This document shows positions 15,927 to 25,575 of a stretch of 32,000 nucleotides of DNA, piece after piece. The stretch comes from Kiritimatiella glycovorans (GTDB taxonomy: Bacteria > Verrucomicrobiota > Kiritimatiellia > Kiritimatiellales > Kiritimatiellaceae), in NCBI RefSeq assembly GCF_001017655.1, contig NZ_CP010904.1:990001-1022000 (forward strand), in the 5' to 3' direction. A program made the translations under genes and the position numbers. The notes beneath the pieces are model-generated. The model had not been told where the DNA came from. It ran no database searches and saw nothing but the letters and a program-made list of their open reading frames with translations. The first letter of the stretch is position 1. Every line of letters starts with the position of its first letter.

Positions 15927-16786
15927 TCGACCTTCACCTCCACTCCACGTATTCGGACGGATCGGACCGTCCGGCGGAACTGATGCGGAAAGCAGCCCAG
16001 GCCGGAGTGACCGCCGCGGCCCTGACCGATCACGATACGACAGACGGAGTTCCGGAGTTCGCGGAGGCCGCGGAGGGCACCGGCGTGGAGGCCGTGCCGG
16101 CGATCGAATTGAGCGCCTGCTATGACGGCGGGTCGATGCATATGCTCGGTTACGGAATCGACTCGGGAAACGACGAACTCCGCGAGGCGGTGCGGCGGAT
16201 CTGCGAAGGGCGGCGGGAGCGGAACGAGACCATCCTGGATCGCCTGCGCGAACTCGGGTATCTGCTCGAGTGGGACGACGTGCTCGCCGAGGCGGGCGGC
16301 GAGGTGGTCGGCCGGCCGCATTTCGCGCAGGCGCTCATCACCCGGGGTTACTTCAAGCAGAAGCGCCCCGTATTCGACCGGCTGCTCGGACGCGGCCAGC
16401 CGGCCTATGCGGAACGCTTCCGCTTTTCCCCGTCCCGGTGCATTAAATTGATTACGCGCGCCGGCGGCGCGCCGGTGGTGGCGCACCCGGTATCGCTGCG
16501 GCTACCCCGCGGCAAGCTCCGCGATCTGCTGAGCAGCCTCAAAGACCTCGGGCTCGCCGGGGTGGAGGTCTTCTACCCGGAACATAACGAACGCCAGGTC
16601 CGCGTATACCGCAAGCTGGCCCGCGAACTCAGGCTGGTCATGACCGGCGGCAGCGACTACCACGGTTCCTTTACCCCCCAGCTTTCAATCGGCCGCGGAT
16701 TCGGAGACCTCCACGTCCCCGATTCCGCGCTCCGTCAGCTCCGCGCGAGGATGGCCCGGACCCGGTTGCCCGGCCGAGATGGATGA
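15923..16786 (+). CDS. PHP-domain phosphoesterase (TrpH/YciV, RNase AM-like)
   Basis: ATG 15923 overlaps the lpxA stop (ATGA). Motifs seen: MIDLHLHSTYSDGS, ALTDHDT, AIELS, VAHP and GGSDYHG. The 450-aa track ORF is an upstream out-of-context extension. Confidence 0.85.
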   Translation: MIDLHLHSTYSDGSDRPAELMRKAAQAGVTAAALTDHDTTDGVPEFAEAAEGTGVEAVPAIELSACYDGGSMHMLGYGIDSGNDELREAVRRICEGRRERNETILDRLRELGYLLEWDDVLAEAGGEVVGRPHFAQALITRGYFKQKRPVFDRLLGRGQPAYAERFRFSPSRCIKLITRAGGAPVVAHPVSLRLPRGKLRDLLSSLKDLGLAGVEVFYPEHNERQVRVYRKLARELRLVMTGGSDYHGSFTPQLSIGRGFGDLHVPDSALRQLRARMARTRLPGRDG

Positions 16787-16845
16787 AGGACACCGAACCG
16801 AATTCCTCGCTTTTGCGGTCTGCCCTTCCACGTTAGTATGCGGCC

Positions 16846-17742
16846 ATGAACCGCAGAGCGCACATCCGGCGCCGGGCGTTCATGGCCGGCGCGGCGATCA
16901 CGGCCGGGAGCGGTGCTGTGGGGATGACATCAAAACGAAAGCCTGAGCCCGTGCGGTTCGGGCTGATCACGGACGTCCATTACGCCGCGCGTCCCCCGCG
17001 CGGCGACCGCTATTACCGCCTGGCCGCGGTGAAGCTCCGTCGCGCGATCGCCCGCCTGCGGGACGAAGCGCCGGATTTCGTGGTCGGAATCGGCGATCTG
17101 AAAGACCAGGACGATCCGCCGCGCAGGGAGGCCTCTCTTCGCTACGCGCGCACGGCAGCAGGTCTACTGAAGGGGGCCGGAGTCCCCGTTCACGCCGTGC
17201 TCGGCAATCACGATGTAGACAGCCTCAGTAAGGCGGAATTTATCGCCGCCGTGCACGGGCCGGACGCCGGTCCGGCGCCGCACTACTCGTTCGACCGCGG
17301 AGGAGTGCACTTCGTAGTTCTCGACGCCAACTACCGCGCCGACGGGGTGGGGTATGATCGAGGCAATTTCGACTGGCGGGACACGCACATTCCCGGTGAG
17401 CAGGTCGACTGGCTGCAACGCGATCTGGCCGGGTCAGGCGGTCCCGCCGTGGTCTTCTGCCATCAGCGCCTCGACGGCACCGGCCCCTTTCACGTGAACA
17501 ACGCCGCCGAGGTCCGGTCCGTGCTCGAGGAACACGGCCGCGTCGCCGCCGTGTTTCACGGCCACGATCACGGGGGCGCGACCGGGCGGCTGGGCGGCAT
17601 CGGCTACTATACGCTGCCGGCGATGGTCGACGGCCCGGACCTCGAGACCGACACCGCGTTCGCGATGGCCGAGGTCTTCGCGGACGGCCGGTGCCGCGTG
17701 CGGGGGTTCGCCCGCGCCCCGGACGGGTCCGCTCCCGCCTGA
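16846..17742 (+). CDS. Tat-signal metallophosphoesterase (calcineurin-like)
   Basis: Has an RRRAFMAGAAITAG twin-arginine leader, then DVHY, GDLKD, GNHD, HQ and GHDHG metal-ligand motifs. Confidence 0.8.
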   Translation: MNRRAHIRRRAFMAGAAITAGSGAVGMTSKRKPEPVRFGLITDVHYAARPPRGDRYYRLAAVKLRRAIARLRDEAPDFVVGIGDLKDQDDPPRREASLRYARTAAGLLKGAGVPVHAVLGNHDVDSLSKAEFIAAVHGPDAGPAPHYSFDRGGVHFVVLDANYRADGVGYDRGNFDWRDTHIPGEQVDWLQRDLAGSGGPAVVFCHQRLDGTGPFHVNNAAEVRSVLEEHGRVAAVFHGHDHGGATGRLGGIGYYTLPAMVDGPDLETDTAFAMAEVFADGRCRVRGFARAPDGSAPA

Positions 17743-17773
17743 TTCCAACCGGAACCCGCAGAGAAGCGCACTC

Positions 17774-18658
17774 TCATTCGGCATCGGGCACGAGGACCGT
17801 TAACGCGCCGGGACGGACTTCGACCTCGACCGACCGCGGGGCGTCGACCAGCTCGCCGTCCATCTGCAGGGGGTCCGCGTTTTCGCGCCGGACGCACATA
17901 TGACGGAAGCTCCGCGTGAGCACGCCGGGCAGCGTGTCGAGCGTGCGGTCGAACAGGCGGTGCAGGTTGGTGAAAAAACGGGGCGCATCCCGGTTGGGCA
18001 TGTAGACCATCTCCAGCCGTCCGTCGTCGGCCTGCGCATGCGGAGCGATACAGGCGTTGTTGCCGTACTGTGTGAGGTTGGCCACGGTGAACACCAGCGG
18101 CGGGTCGAGATGCATGCGGTCGCCGTCCAGCTCCACTTCCAGCGGCTGCGGATGGTAGTCGAACAGTTCGTACACGCCGGCGAAGACGTAGGGGAGCGGG
18201 CCGCGGAATGGGAATTTCTCGAAAGTGCGCACAATGGCGGCGTCCCAGGCCATGCTGCAGGTGACGAAAAACGGCCGCCCCGCCGCGAGACCCACGTCGA
18301 TGCGCCGCCGTTTCGCTTTGCGCAGGGCGCGGGCGGCCTGTTCGGCGGGAAGCGGGATGTTGAAATGACGGGCGAACCCGTTCCCGCTCCCGGCCGGGAT
18401 GACCCCGAGCGTCGCCTCCGTGTCGAGCAGCGCGCCCCCGATCGAGTTGATCATCCCGTCGCCGCCCATCACGAGGATCGTATCGATGCCCTCTTCGACC
18501 GCCCGCCGCGCCTTGCGGCTCCCGTCCTCGGCGCTGTGGCTGTACTGGAACGTCAGTTCCGTCTGCTCATCCTCCCACGTCTCGCTGATCGCTTTCAACG
18601 CCGACGGAGAAAAACCGAACCCCGAGCGGGGATTGACGAATACCCTTACGCGTTCCAT
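17774..18658 (-). CDS. Diacylglycerol/lipid kinase family protein (YegS/BmrU type)
   Basis: Start taken at MERVRVFVNPRSG (ATG at 18658). Motifs seen: ILVMGGDGMINSIGGAL and GVIPAGSGNGFARHF. Confidence 0.8.
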   Translation of the reverse strand: MERVRVFVNPRSGFGFSPSALKAISETWEDEQTELTFQYSHSAEDGSRKARRAVEEGIDTILVMGGDGMINSIGGALLDTEATLGVIPAGSGNGFARHFNIPLPAEQAARALRKAKRRRIDVGLAAGRPFFVTCSMAWDAAIVRTFEKFPFRGPLPYVFAGVYELFDYHPQPLEVELDGDRMHLDPPLVFTVANLTQYGNNACIAPHAQADDGRLEMVYMPNRDAPRFFTNLHRLFDRTLDTLPGVLTRSFRHMCVRRENADPLQMDGELVDAPRSVEVEVRPGALTVLVPDAE

Positions 18659-18815
18659 GGACCAAGCTATAGGCGCAGCCGGTGCGCGGGGCGAGGATAA
18701 AATGAAAACAGGCGAACGGCATCGCTCCCTCACCTCAATCCTTCTTGACCGCGGCACGCGGCTTGTAGAGCATGGGCGTTCGACCGACGCGGAAATCGAA
18801 CCCTCGCGGAGTGGA

Positions 18816-20714
18816 ATGAGCGAACACATCGGCCACGAGTGCGGCATTGCGGCGATCAGGCTGCTGAAGCCTCTCGACTACTACATCCACAAGTACGGCA
18901 CCGCGCTGTACGCGGTCAACAAGCTGTACCTGCTCATGGAGAAGCAGCGGAACCGCGGGCAGGACGGAGCGGGTGCGGCGGCGCTCAAGCTGGGTATGCA
19001 TCCGGGCGACGCCTACTTCGCACGGGTGAGATCGACTGAGGCCGACCCCTCGACCCGGGTTTACGAACAGATGCGCGCGCCGTTCGACGAGTTCGAGCGC
19101 GAGGACAGCGGAGGCGAACGGACGGTCGAGGAATTGAAGCGGCACGCTCCCTTCGCCGCCGAGATCCTCATGGGGCATCTCCGCTACGCGACGCGCGGGA
19201 AGGGCGGTCCGGAATACTGCCATCCGTTTCTGAGGGAAAACAACTGGCAGACGCGCAATCTCGCCGTGGCGGGAAACTTCAATCTGACCAATAACGACGA
19301 GCTGTTCCGGCTGCTCACCGACCTCGGGCAGCATCCTCCCAGTCATACGGATACGGAGATGATGCTCGAGAAGATCGGCCACTTTCTCGACGAGGCCAAC
19401 GAAAGGCTCTTCCGCCGCTACCGCCGCCAGAACCTGAGCGGCCCCCGTATTTCCGGGCGCATCGCCGCCGAGCTGGATATGGGCGATGTGCTGCGCGCGG
19501 CGCTGCGCGATTTCGACGGCGGGTATGTCATTACCGGACTCGTCGGTCATGGAGAACTGTTCGTCGCCCGCGATCCCCAGGGCATCCGCCCGGTCTTTTA
19601 TTATCGCGATGAGGAAGCGCTTGTCGTGGCTTCCGAACGCCCCGCGATCCAGACCGCGTTCAGTGCCCGCCTCGACGAGGTGGCCGAACTCGAGCCCGGC
19701 CACGCGATGCTCGTGGACCGGTCGGGGACTGTGCGCATCGAGCGCGTCGCCGAACCCGCGGAACGCGCTCCCTGTTCGTTCGAGCGCATCTATTTCTCCC
19801 GCGGCACCGATGCGGACATCTACCACGAACGGAAGAAACTGGGCGCGCGGCTCTGCGATCCGATCCTCGGGGCCATCGGAGGCGATTTCGAGCACACCGT
19901 GTTTTCCTACATCCCGAATACGGCCGAGACGGCCTTCCTGGGGCTGTCGGACGAAATGCGCCGCCGCTACCTCCAACGGCTTCGCGACCGGTTGTCCAAC
20001 GGCGAGGCCCATACCGAGGACCGGCTCGACGCGGTGTTCTCCACGCCGCCGCGGTTTGAGAAGATCATGACCAAGGACGCCAAGCTGCGGACGTTCATCG
20101 CTTCGGGCAAGGAGCGCAAGGGCATGGTCGCCCTGGCTTACGATACGACCTACGGGGTGGTCCGCCGCGGCGAGGACACGCTGGTCGTGCTCGACGACTC
20201 GATTGTCCGCGGAACCACGCTTCGCGAGAGCATCCTGCGCATCCTCGACCGCATCGGGCCGAAGAAGATCCTCGTGGTCTCCTCCGCGCCCCAGATCCGC
20301 TACCCCGACTGCTACGGGATCGACATGTCGAAACTGCGCGACTTCGTGGCCTTCGAAGCCGCCGTCGCACTGCTGCATGAACGGGGGATGGCGGAGCGGC
20401 TCGACGAGGTGTACGCCGCCTGCCGCGAGAGCGAAGCGCGCCCGCGGACCGAGGCGGTGAACCACGTGAAGCGCATCTATGAGCCGTTCACGGCCGAGGA
20501 TATTTCCGGGCGGATCGCGCAGATGCTGAGACCGGAAGATATGAACGCGGAACTGCAGATCATCTACCAGACCATCGAGGATCTCCACCAGGCCTGCCCC
20601 TCGCACCGCGGCGACTGGTATTTTACCGGTCATTATCCCACCCCCGGCGGAAACCGGGTGGCCAACCGCGCGTTTATGCATTATGTTGAGAAGCGCGACG
20701 AGCGGGCGTATTGA
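18816..20714 (+). CDS. purF: Amidophosphoribosyltransferase-like class II glutamine amidotransferase (long ~630-aa form)
   Basis: Start MSEHIGHE followed by CGIAAI (Ntn catalytic Cys after a short propeptide). Also RNRGQDGAG and a PRTase motif [12 protein letters not shown]. Upstream track residues are antisense to the lipid kinase gene. Confidence 0.75.
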   Translation: MSEHIGHECGIAAIRLLKPLDYYIHKYGTALYAVNKLYLLMEKQRNRGQDGAGAAALKLGMHPGDAYFARVRSTEADPSTRVYEQMRAPFDEFEREDSGGERTVEELKRHAPFAAEILMGHLRYATRGKGGPEYCHPFLRENNWQTRNLAVAGNFNLTNNDELFRLLTDLGQHPPSHTDTEMMLEKIGHFLDEANERLFRRYRRQNLSGPRISGRIAAELDMGDVLRAALRDFDGGYVITGLVGHGELFVARDPQGIRPVFYYRDEEALVVASERPAIQTAFSARLDEVAELEPGHAMLVDRSGTVRIERVAEPAERAPCSFERIYFSRGTDADIYHERKKLGARLCDPILGAIGGDFEHTVFSYIPNTAETAFLGLSDEMRRRYLQRLRDRLSNGEAHTEDRLDAVFSTPPRFEKIMTKDAKLRTFIASGKERKGMVALAYDTTYGVVRRGEDTLVVLDDSIVRGTTLRESILRILDRIGPKKILVVSSAPQIRYPDCYGIDMSKLRDFVAFEAAVALLHERGMAERLDEVYAACRESEARPRTEAVNHVKRIYEPFTAEDISGRIAQMLRPEDMNAELQIIYQTIEDLHQACPSHRGDWYFTGHYPTPGGNRVANRAFMHYVEKRDERAY

Positions 20715-20761
20715 GTGGATGCCGCGGGACACCCCCGCGCGAATCAGTCGGGAGGACGGTC

Positions 20762-21817
20762 ATGATCGACGACATCAGAAAGATTCTCGGCGAAGAGGCG
20801 AAAGACCTGCTGACCCACGAATGCACGACGATCGCGAAAGACCGGATCCACGCGCCGGGTCCGGATTTTATCGATCGGACGTTTGCTCCTTCAGACCGGA
20901 ATAACCGCGTCCTGGCGAATCTGAGTCGCCTCTACAACCACGGCCGGCTGGGCGGGACGGGCTATCTCTCCATCCTCCCCGTCGACCAGGGCATCGAGCA
21001 CTCGGCCGGGGCGTCGTTCGCCCCGAACCCGGATTACTTCGATCCGGAGAACATCGTGCAGCTGGCCCTCGAGGGCGGATGCAACGGCGTGACCTCGACC
21101 CTCGGCGTGCTGGGCAGTGTCTCGCGGCGCTACGCTCACAGGATTCCCTTTTTCGTGAAACTCAACCACAATGAGCTGCTGAGTTATCCCAACCGCTACG
21201 ACCAGCGCATGTTCGCGTCGGTCGAGCAGGCCTGGAACATGGGTGCGGTCGGGGTGGGGGCGACGATCTATTTCGGGTCGGAAGAGTCGAACCGCCAGAT
21301 CGAGGAGGTCAGCGAGGCCTTTCATCACGCCCACGAGCTCGGCCTGTTCACGGTATTGTGGTGCTACCTCCGCAATTCCGCCTTCAAGCACGAAGGCACG
21401 GATTACCATACCGCCGCGGATCTGACCAGCCAGGCGAATCATCTCGGTGTCACGATCGAAGCGGACCTGATCAAGCAGAAGGCGCCGAAGACCTCCGCGC
21501 CGGGATTTAAGGCGCTCGAGTTCGGAAAGACGGATGACCGCGTCTACGAGACGTTGAGTTCCGAGCATCCGATCGATATGACCCGCTACCAGGTGGCCGG
21601 CTGCTACATGGGCCGGATCGGCCTGATCAATTCAGGCGGACCCTCGGGTGAGAACGATACGCAGCAGGCCGTCAAGACCGCCGTCATCAATAAACGCGCG
21701 GGCGGGACGGGGCTCATCAGCGGCCGCAAGGCCTTTCAGCGCCCCCGCCGCGAGGGCATCCAGCTGCTCCACGCCATCCAGGATGTCTATCGCTGCGACG
21801 AGATCGGACTGGCGTAA
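20762..21817 (+). CDS. fbaB: Class I fructose-bisphosphate aldolase (FbaB/DhnA type)
   Basis: GGGAGGACGG precedes ATG 20762. The product reads [23 protein letters not shown]...[31 protein letters not shown]...DLIKQK, which closely follows the E. coli FbaB pattern. About 351 aa. Confidence 0.85.
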   Translation: MIDDIRKILGEEAKDLLTHECTTIAKDRIHAPGPDFIDRTFAPSDRNNRVLANLSRLYNHGRLGGTGYLSILPVDQGIEHSAGASFAPNPDYFDPENIVQLALEGGCNGVTSTLGVLGSVSRRYAHRIPFFVKLNHNELLSYPNRYDQRMFASVEQAWNMGAVGVGATIYFGSEESNRQIEEVSEAFHHAHELGLFTVLWCYLRNSAFKHEGTDYHTAADLTSQANHLGVTIEADLIKQKAPKTSAPGFKALEFGKTDDRVYETLSSEHPIDMTRYQVAGCYMGRIGLINSGGPSGENDTQQAVKTAVINKRAGGTGLISGRKAFQRPRREGIQLLHAIQDVYRCDEIGLA

Positions 21818-21857
21818 GGGGCGCGGCGCCCATTCCCGTTCCGCTCCGCCGTCTTCC

Positions 21858-23168
21858 TTACCGCAACCCGAAGAGCGTCGGCAGCCACAGCGAGATCTGC
21901 GGGATGTAGGCGGTCAGCAGCAGGGCGGCGATCATCGCCGCGAAGAACGGCAGCAGCGGGCGGATGACCTCGGCCAGCGTGGTGTGTCCGACGCCGCAGC
22001 CCACGAACAGGCTGGTACCCACCGGCGGCGTGCAGAGTCCGATGCAGAGATTGGCGACCATCATCACCCCGAAGTGCACCGGGTCCATCCCCATCTCCAC
22101 GGCTACCGGGAGGAAGATCGGCGTGAAGATCAGAATCGCCGGCGTCATGTCCATGAACGTGCCCACCAGCAGCAGGAGCACGTTCATGATCAGCAGGATG
22201 ATCAGCGGATTCGACGTCAGACCGAGCAGCGCCGCGCTCACCCGCCCCGGCACGTCCTCGTACGCCAGGATCCACGACATCGCCGAGGAAGTCCCGATCA
22301 GCAGCATGACCACCGACGTCGCGACGCCGCACTGCAGCAGCATGCCGGGGATCTCGCTCCACTTGACCTCGCGGTAGATCAGCACGGCCAGCACGAAGGC
22401 GTACAACACCGCCACCGCCGCCGCCTCGGTCGGCGTGAAGATGCCTCCGAGGATGCCGCCCAGTACGATCACGACCAGCAGCAGACTCGGCAGCGCACGC
22501 AGGATCGCCGGCCACAACGGCCGGTCGTCCCGCGCGGTCCTCTCCGCCCCGTATCCGTGCAGCCTGCACTGCACGGTATTGACGCCCATCAGCAGCGCGC
22601 CGAACAGGATGCCGGGGACAAGGCCCGCCACGAACATCGCCGCGATCGAGATCCCGCCGGAGGCGAGGGCGAAGACGATCATCGCATTGCTCGGCGGGAT
22701 CAGCAGTCCGGTGATCGCCGCGGTGGTGGTGACCGCCACGTTGTACTCGGGGCGGTAGCCCTTGCGGTTCATCTCCGGAATCATGAACCCGCCCACCGAC
22801 GATACGGCGGCCGCGGAAGATCCGGACACCGAGCCGAAGAGCATGCAGGTGAGGATGTTCACGTGCCCGAGTCCGCCGGGGAGACGGCCGACCAGCCGAT
22901 CCGCAAAATCGATCATCCGGCGCGCAATACCGCCGCGCCCCATGAACAGGCCCGACAGGATAAAGAACGGGATCGCGAGCAGCGCGAAGCTGCCGATCCC
23001 CGAGACCATGCGCTGCGCGATCATCTGGACGGCGGCGAACGGCGAGCCGACGGTGACCGTAATCGCCGCGAACGTCGACACCCCCAGGCTCACCGCCACC
23101 GGGCAGTTAAGGACGAGCAGCAGGACAAAGACCAGCGAGAGGACCAGCATGGAGACATCCGCGCTCAT
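21858..23168 (-). CDS. dctM: TRAP transporter large permease subunit
   Basis: 436-aa polytopic protein with DctM-type segments (FAAVQMIAQRMVSGIGSFALLAIPFFILSG, MDPVHFGVMMVANLCIGLCTPPVG). ATGA overlap with dctQ. Confidence 0.9.
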   Translation of the reverse strand: MSADVSMLVLSLVFVLLLVLNCPVAVSLGVSTFAAITVTVGSPFAAVQMIAQRMVSGIGSFALLAIPFFILSGLFMGRGGIARRMIDFADRLVGRLPGGLGHVNILTCMLFGSVSGSSAAAVSSVGGFMIPEMNRKGYRPEYNVAVTTTAAITGLLIPPSNAMIVFALASGGISIAAMFVAGLVPGILFGALLMGVNTVQCRLHGYGAERTARDDRPLWPAILRALPSLLLVVIVLGGILGGIFTPTEAAAVAVLYAFVLAVLIYREVKWSEIPGMLLQCGVATSVVMLLIGTSSAMSWILAYEDVPGRVSAALLGLTSNPLIILLIMNVLLLLVGTFMDMTPAILIFTPIFLPVAVEMGMDPVHFGVMMVANLCIGLCTPPVGTSLFVGCGVGHTTLAEVIRPLLPFFAAMIAALLLTAYIPQISLWLPTLFGLR

Positions 23169-23707
23169 GATCCCTCCTCCGCATCCTCATCCGTGCCGGC
23201 GCGCAGCTCCGCCCACTCCTCCGCCGCGAAGAGCGCGATAAAGCATCCGCTGACCGGCAGGGCGAGGTAGAGCCACGACATCGGCATGGCCAGCGCCGCC
23301 GACTGCTGGCCCGTCAGGATGTTCAGGTGCACGATTCTGATTCCGCCGACGATCATCGCGCCGACGGCGAACAGGAAGACCACGGCGCTGGTAAACAGGG
23401 CCGCCCGGCGGCGGTGCCGGGCCGGAAGCTTCCCGGCGAAGTAGTCCAGCCCGAGATGCGCGCGGCGGGCGTAGGCGACCGCCGCGCCGAGCAGCGCGGT
23501 CCAGGTCATCAGAAACACCGCGAGCTCGTCGGTCCATGAACTCGGCGCCCGCAGGACGTAACGCGAGAGCACCTGCCAGAGTACGTCCAGCACAAGCACC
23601 AGCATCAGGACGATCACGGTTCGTTCGAGCGTTGCGACCAGCGCGTCGCGCAGTCTGCGATGCCAGGGGCGCCGAGCGCCCCCCGCCTCAGTAGCTTCGG
23701 ATGTCAT
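23165..23707 (-). CDS. dctQ: TRAP transporter small permease subunit
   Basis: 180 aa with four hydrophobic helices, including WTDELAVFLMTWTALLGAAVAYARRAHLGLDYF. Lies between dctP and dctM. Confidence 0.85.
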   Translation of the reverse strand: MTSEATEAGGARRPWHRRLRDALVATLERTVIVLMLVLVLDVLWQVLSRYVLRAPSSWTDELAVFLMTWTALLGAAVAYARRAHLGLDYFAGKLPARHRRRAALFTSAVVFLFAVGAMIVGGIRIVHLNILTGQQSAALAMPMSWLYLALPVSGCFIALFAAEEWAELRAGTDEDAEEGS

Positions 23708-24671
23708 CGATCAGCGCTCCCAGTCTGGTGCCGCGGTACTGCTCCTGTACGGCGCGGCCGCGTTCCATGAACGGACCGCGGTCGGGCCGGACGATCTCCA
23801 CGCCCTCCTCGCGCAGGGCCTCCAGCGATTGTTTCGTGTGTTCCGCCCACAGTTTCCGTTGAAAGCGCGACGACTCCTGCGCCACGCGTTCAATCAGGTC
23901 CCGGTCTTCGGCATCGAGCCGACGCCAGCGTGCCGGGCTCATGAGGAGGAGATCGGGGATGCGGAAGTGCCGGTCTAGCGAGTAGTACGGGCAGACTTCG
24001 TAATGGCGCGAGGTGTAGAAACTGGGGGGATTGTTTTCCGCGCCGTCGACCACCCCCTGTTGAAGCGCGGTGTAAAGTTCGCCCCACGAGATCGGGGTCG
24101 GCGTCGCGCCGAGCGCCCGGACCCCCTGCATGCAGACCCGGCTCTGCATGACGCGGATCTTCATCCCGTCGAGATCTGCGGGAGTGCGGATGATCCGGTC
24201 GCGGGTATAAAAACTGCGGCTGCCCGCGTCGTAAAAACACAGGCCCCGGAGATACACGCTTTTCCCCGCCTCCAGGATCCGTTGTCCGACGTCCCCCTCG
24301 AGCACACGCCAGTAATGCTCCTCGTTCCTGAAGAGATAGGGCACGCTGAACACCCCCATCTCGGGGATGAACCCCTCAAGCGTCGCCGCCGAACTGACCG
24401 TCAGATCGAGAATCCCCATCTGGACCTGTTCGATGCATTCGCGCGAGCTTCCGAGCTGACTGTTCGGCCGGATCTCCAGCCGGACCCGGCCGCCGCTTTC
24501 TTCCGCGAGCCGCCGCTGCATGAACTCCGCCGCCTGATGAATCGGATGAGACACGTCGAGCGGGTGCGCCATACGAAGCGTGATCGTGCGCGGGGCATCG
24601 CGTGTGCAGCCGCAGAAAACGAGCCCCGCGATCCCTGCGCAAGCGAGCACGGCGAAGCTTCGTTTCATCAT
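23688..24671 (-). CDS. dctP: TRAP transporter substrate-binding protein, probable lipoprotein
   Basis: Start MMKRSFAVLACAGIAGLVFCGC (ATG at 24671). DctP-type segments follow (VYLRGLCFYDAGSRSFYT, IRVMQS, GVVDGAENN). The 526-aa track version extends into repeat DNA. Confidence 0.85.
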   Translation of the reverse strand: MMKRSFAVLACAGIAGLVFCGCTRDAPRTITLRMAHPLDVSHPIHQAAEFMQRRLAEESGGRVRLEIRPNSQLGSSRECIEQVQMGILDLTVSSAATLEGFIPEMGVFSVPYLFRNEEHYWRVLEGDVGQRILEAGKSVYLRGLCFYDAGSRSFYTRDRIIRTPADLDGMKIRVMQSRVCMQGVRALGATPTPISWGELYTALQQGVVDGAENNPPSFYTSRHYEVCPYYSLDRHFRIPDLLLMSPARWRRLDAEDRDLIERVAQESSRFQRKLWAEHTKQSLEALREEGVEIVRPDRGPFMERGRAVQEQYRGTRLGALIDDIRSY

Positions 24672-24874
24672 AGCGTCGGGTCCCGAGGCCAATATCATGA
24701 TCTTTATGGTTTGAGACAATCGATTCGTTAGGGACCGTATCGCATTCTCCGTCGATCGGCAACCCTGAGCGGCACGGGTGATCCCGTCTGCCGGCGAGCA
24801 CGGGAACGTGTTTGGAAAGGGGATCTCACGGATTACAGAGGGGGGCACGAATGCAGTTGTCTGGAGAGCGACGG

Positions 24875-24900
24875 GATATGGCGCGAGGACGCGCCATATC
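24875..24900. other. Perfect 11-bp inverted repeat with 4-nt spacer
   Basis: GATATGGCGCG-AGGA-CGCGCCATATC read directly. It lies about 200 bp upstream of dctP. No T-tract follows on either strand. Confidence 0.8.
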
Positions 24901-24956
24901 TCGCGCCTCATGCGGGGCGTTCGGCAGGCGACCGGAGAAATCGGGAAGTGGAAACG

Positions 24957-25080
24957 GGAAACGGGGTCTAACCCCCGCAAGCTCGTACTCAGCGAAGTGG
25001 TACTCGTACTCGAATTCCTTGAATCGGGGGATGGGATCGCGCCTTCGGCGCTCCGGGTACGCGTACCGAGTACGAGTACG
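24957..25080 (+). repeat. Nested-hairpin repeat element, module 1, copy B, with left flank GAAACGGGGTCTAACC
   Basis: 24982-25078 aligns to 4847-4943. The left flank 24957-24982 resembles 26190-26215. Confidence 0.85.
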
Positions 25081-25120
25081 GATTCCGTTCCCCCCTTCAA
25101 CCAACCTTCATGCTCTTCAT

Positions 25121-25161
25121 GTGAGGGTAGGGATTCTGCTGGACAGCAGAAGGCCGTCCGC
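25121..25161 (-). repeat. 41-nt repeat module 2, copy B, inverted relative to copy A
   Basis: GTGAGGGTAGGGATTCTGCTGGACAGCAGAAGGCCGTCCGC is the reverse complement of 4958-4998 with 2 mismatches. Confidence 0.85.
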
Positions 25162-25290
25162 AAACGAGCGGCGCGCTTAGCCTGTCCGCCGAAGGCATAA
25201 AGGGCCGAAGGCGGAGAGATCGCGCCCTGCACGGAAATCGCAAAGATGAATGAGAAGAGCACAGGCAAAGAGATCGTGCGTTCTCTCTTA

Positions 25291-25436
25291 CGTTCGTAGT
25301 AGGCCCGCAGGCCTGCGAAGCAGGGCCAGGGCCGTTATCTTTCACGCGCCTGGCCTGCCGGGGGCAGACTTGCGGCGCTACTACGAACGGTATCACGCGC
25401 CTTGGCCCTTCGGGCCTTGCGGCGCTACTACGAACG
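25291..25436. repeat. Three copies of a ~45-nt unit ending in CTACTACGAACG: one inverted (25291-25333) and two tandem direct (25343-25389, 25394-25436)
   Basis: CGTTCGTAGTAG at 25291 is the reverse complement of CTACTACGAACG at 25378 and 25425. Both direct copies start CACGCGCC(T)TGGCC and contain TTGCGGCGCTACTACGAACG. Copy c has a GGCCC-TTC-GGGCC hairpin. Confidence 0.8.
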
Positions 25437-25575
25437 TTTGTGGTGAATCCCCATCCCGTCTCTTCCCCGAACGGCTCCGCCACAAAAATCTGCGAAGAAC
25501 CGAAAGACTGGCTAATATTGTATTCGGACAGCAGAATGAGATTGACGTCAGCGGGTCGAGTAGTAGCATGGTGGT

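Noticed and set aside
21821-21834. GGGCGC-G-GCGCCC palindrome between convergent fbaB and dctM as a bidirectional terminator
   Set aside because: The loop is too short and there are no flanking T/A tracts, so it is not convincing as an intrinsic terminator.
21648-23270. 540-aa plus-strand ORF rich in R/H/D/Q opposite dctM
   Set aside because: The opposite strand encodes a textbook polytopic DctM permease. This translation is highly repetitive charged low complexity.
24691-24719. Sigma70-like promoter for dctP on the minus strand (TTGTCT-N17-GATATT), and TTGACG-N16-TAGCAT at 25542-25569 for mazE
   Set aside because: The hexamers are plausible, but the consensus for this lineage is unknown. 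The mazE candidate would imply a leaderless transcript. The evidence is too weak to annotate.
24672-25268. N-terminal 199-aa extension of dctP. Similar upstream extensions exist for purF (18399-18815), the PHP gene (15434-15922), rubrerythrin (27311-27538) and the lipid kinase (18659-18847)
   Set aside because: The extensions run through repeat DNA or neighbouring genes in other frames. Internal starts give signal peptides or canonical N-termini, with Shine-Dalgarno sequences or coupling overlaps.
4836-25436. Whether the repeats constitute a CRISPR array
   Set aside because: There is no regular repeat-spacer periodicity. Only two dispersed copies are 20 kb apart, the units are heterogeneous, and no cas genes are present.
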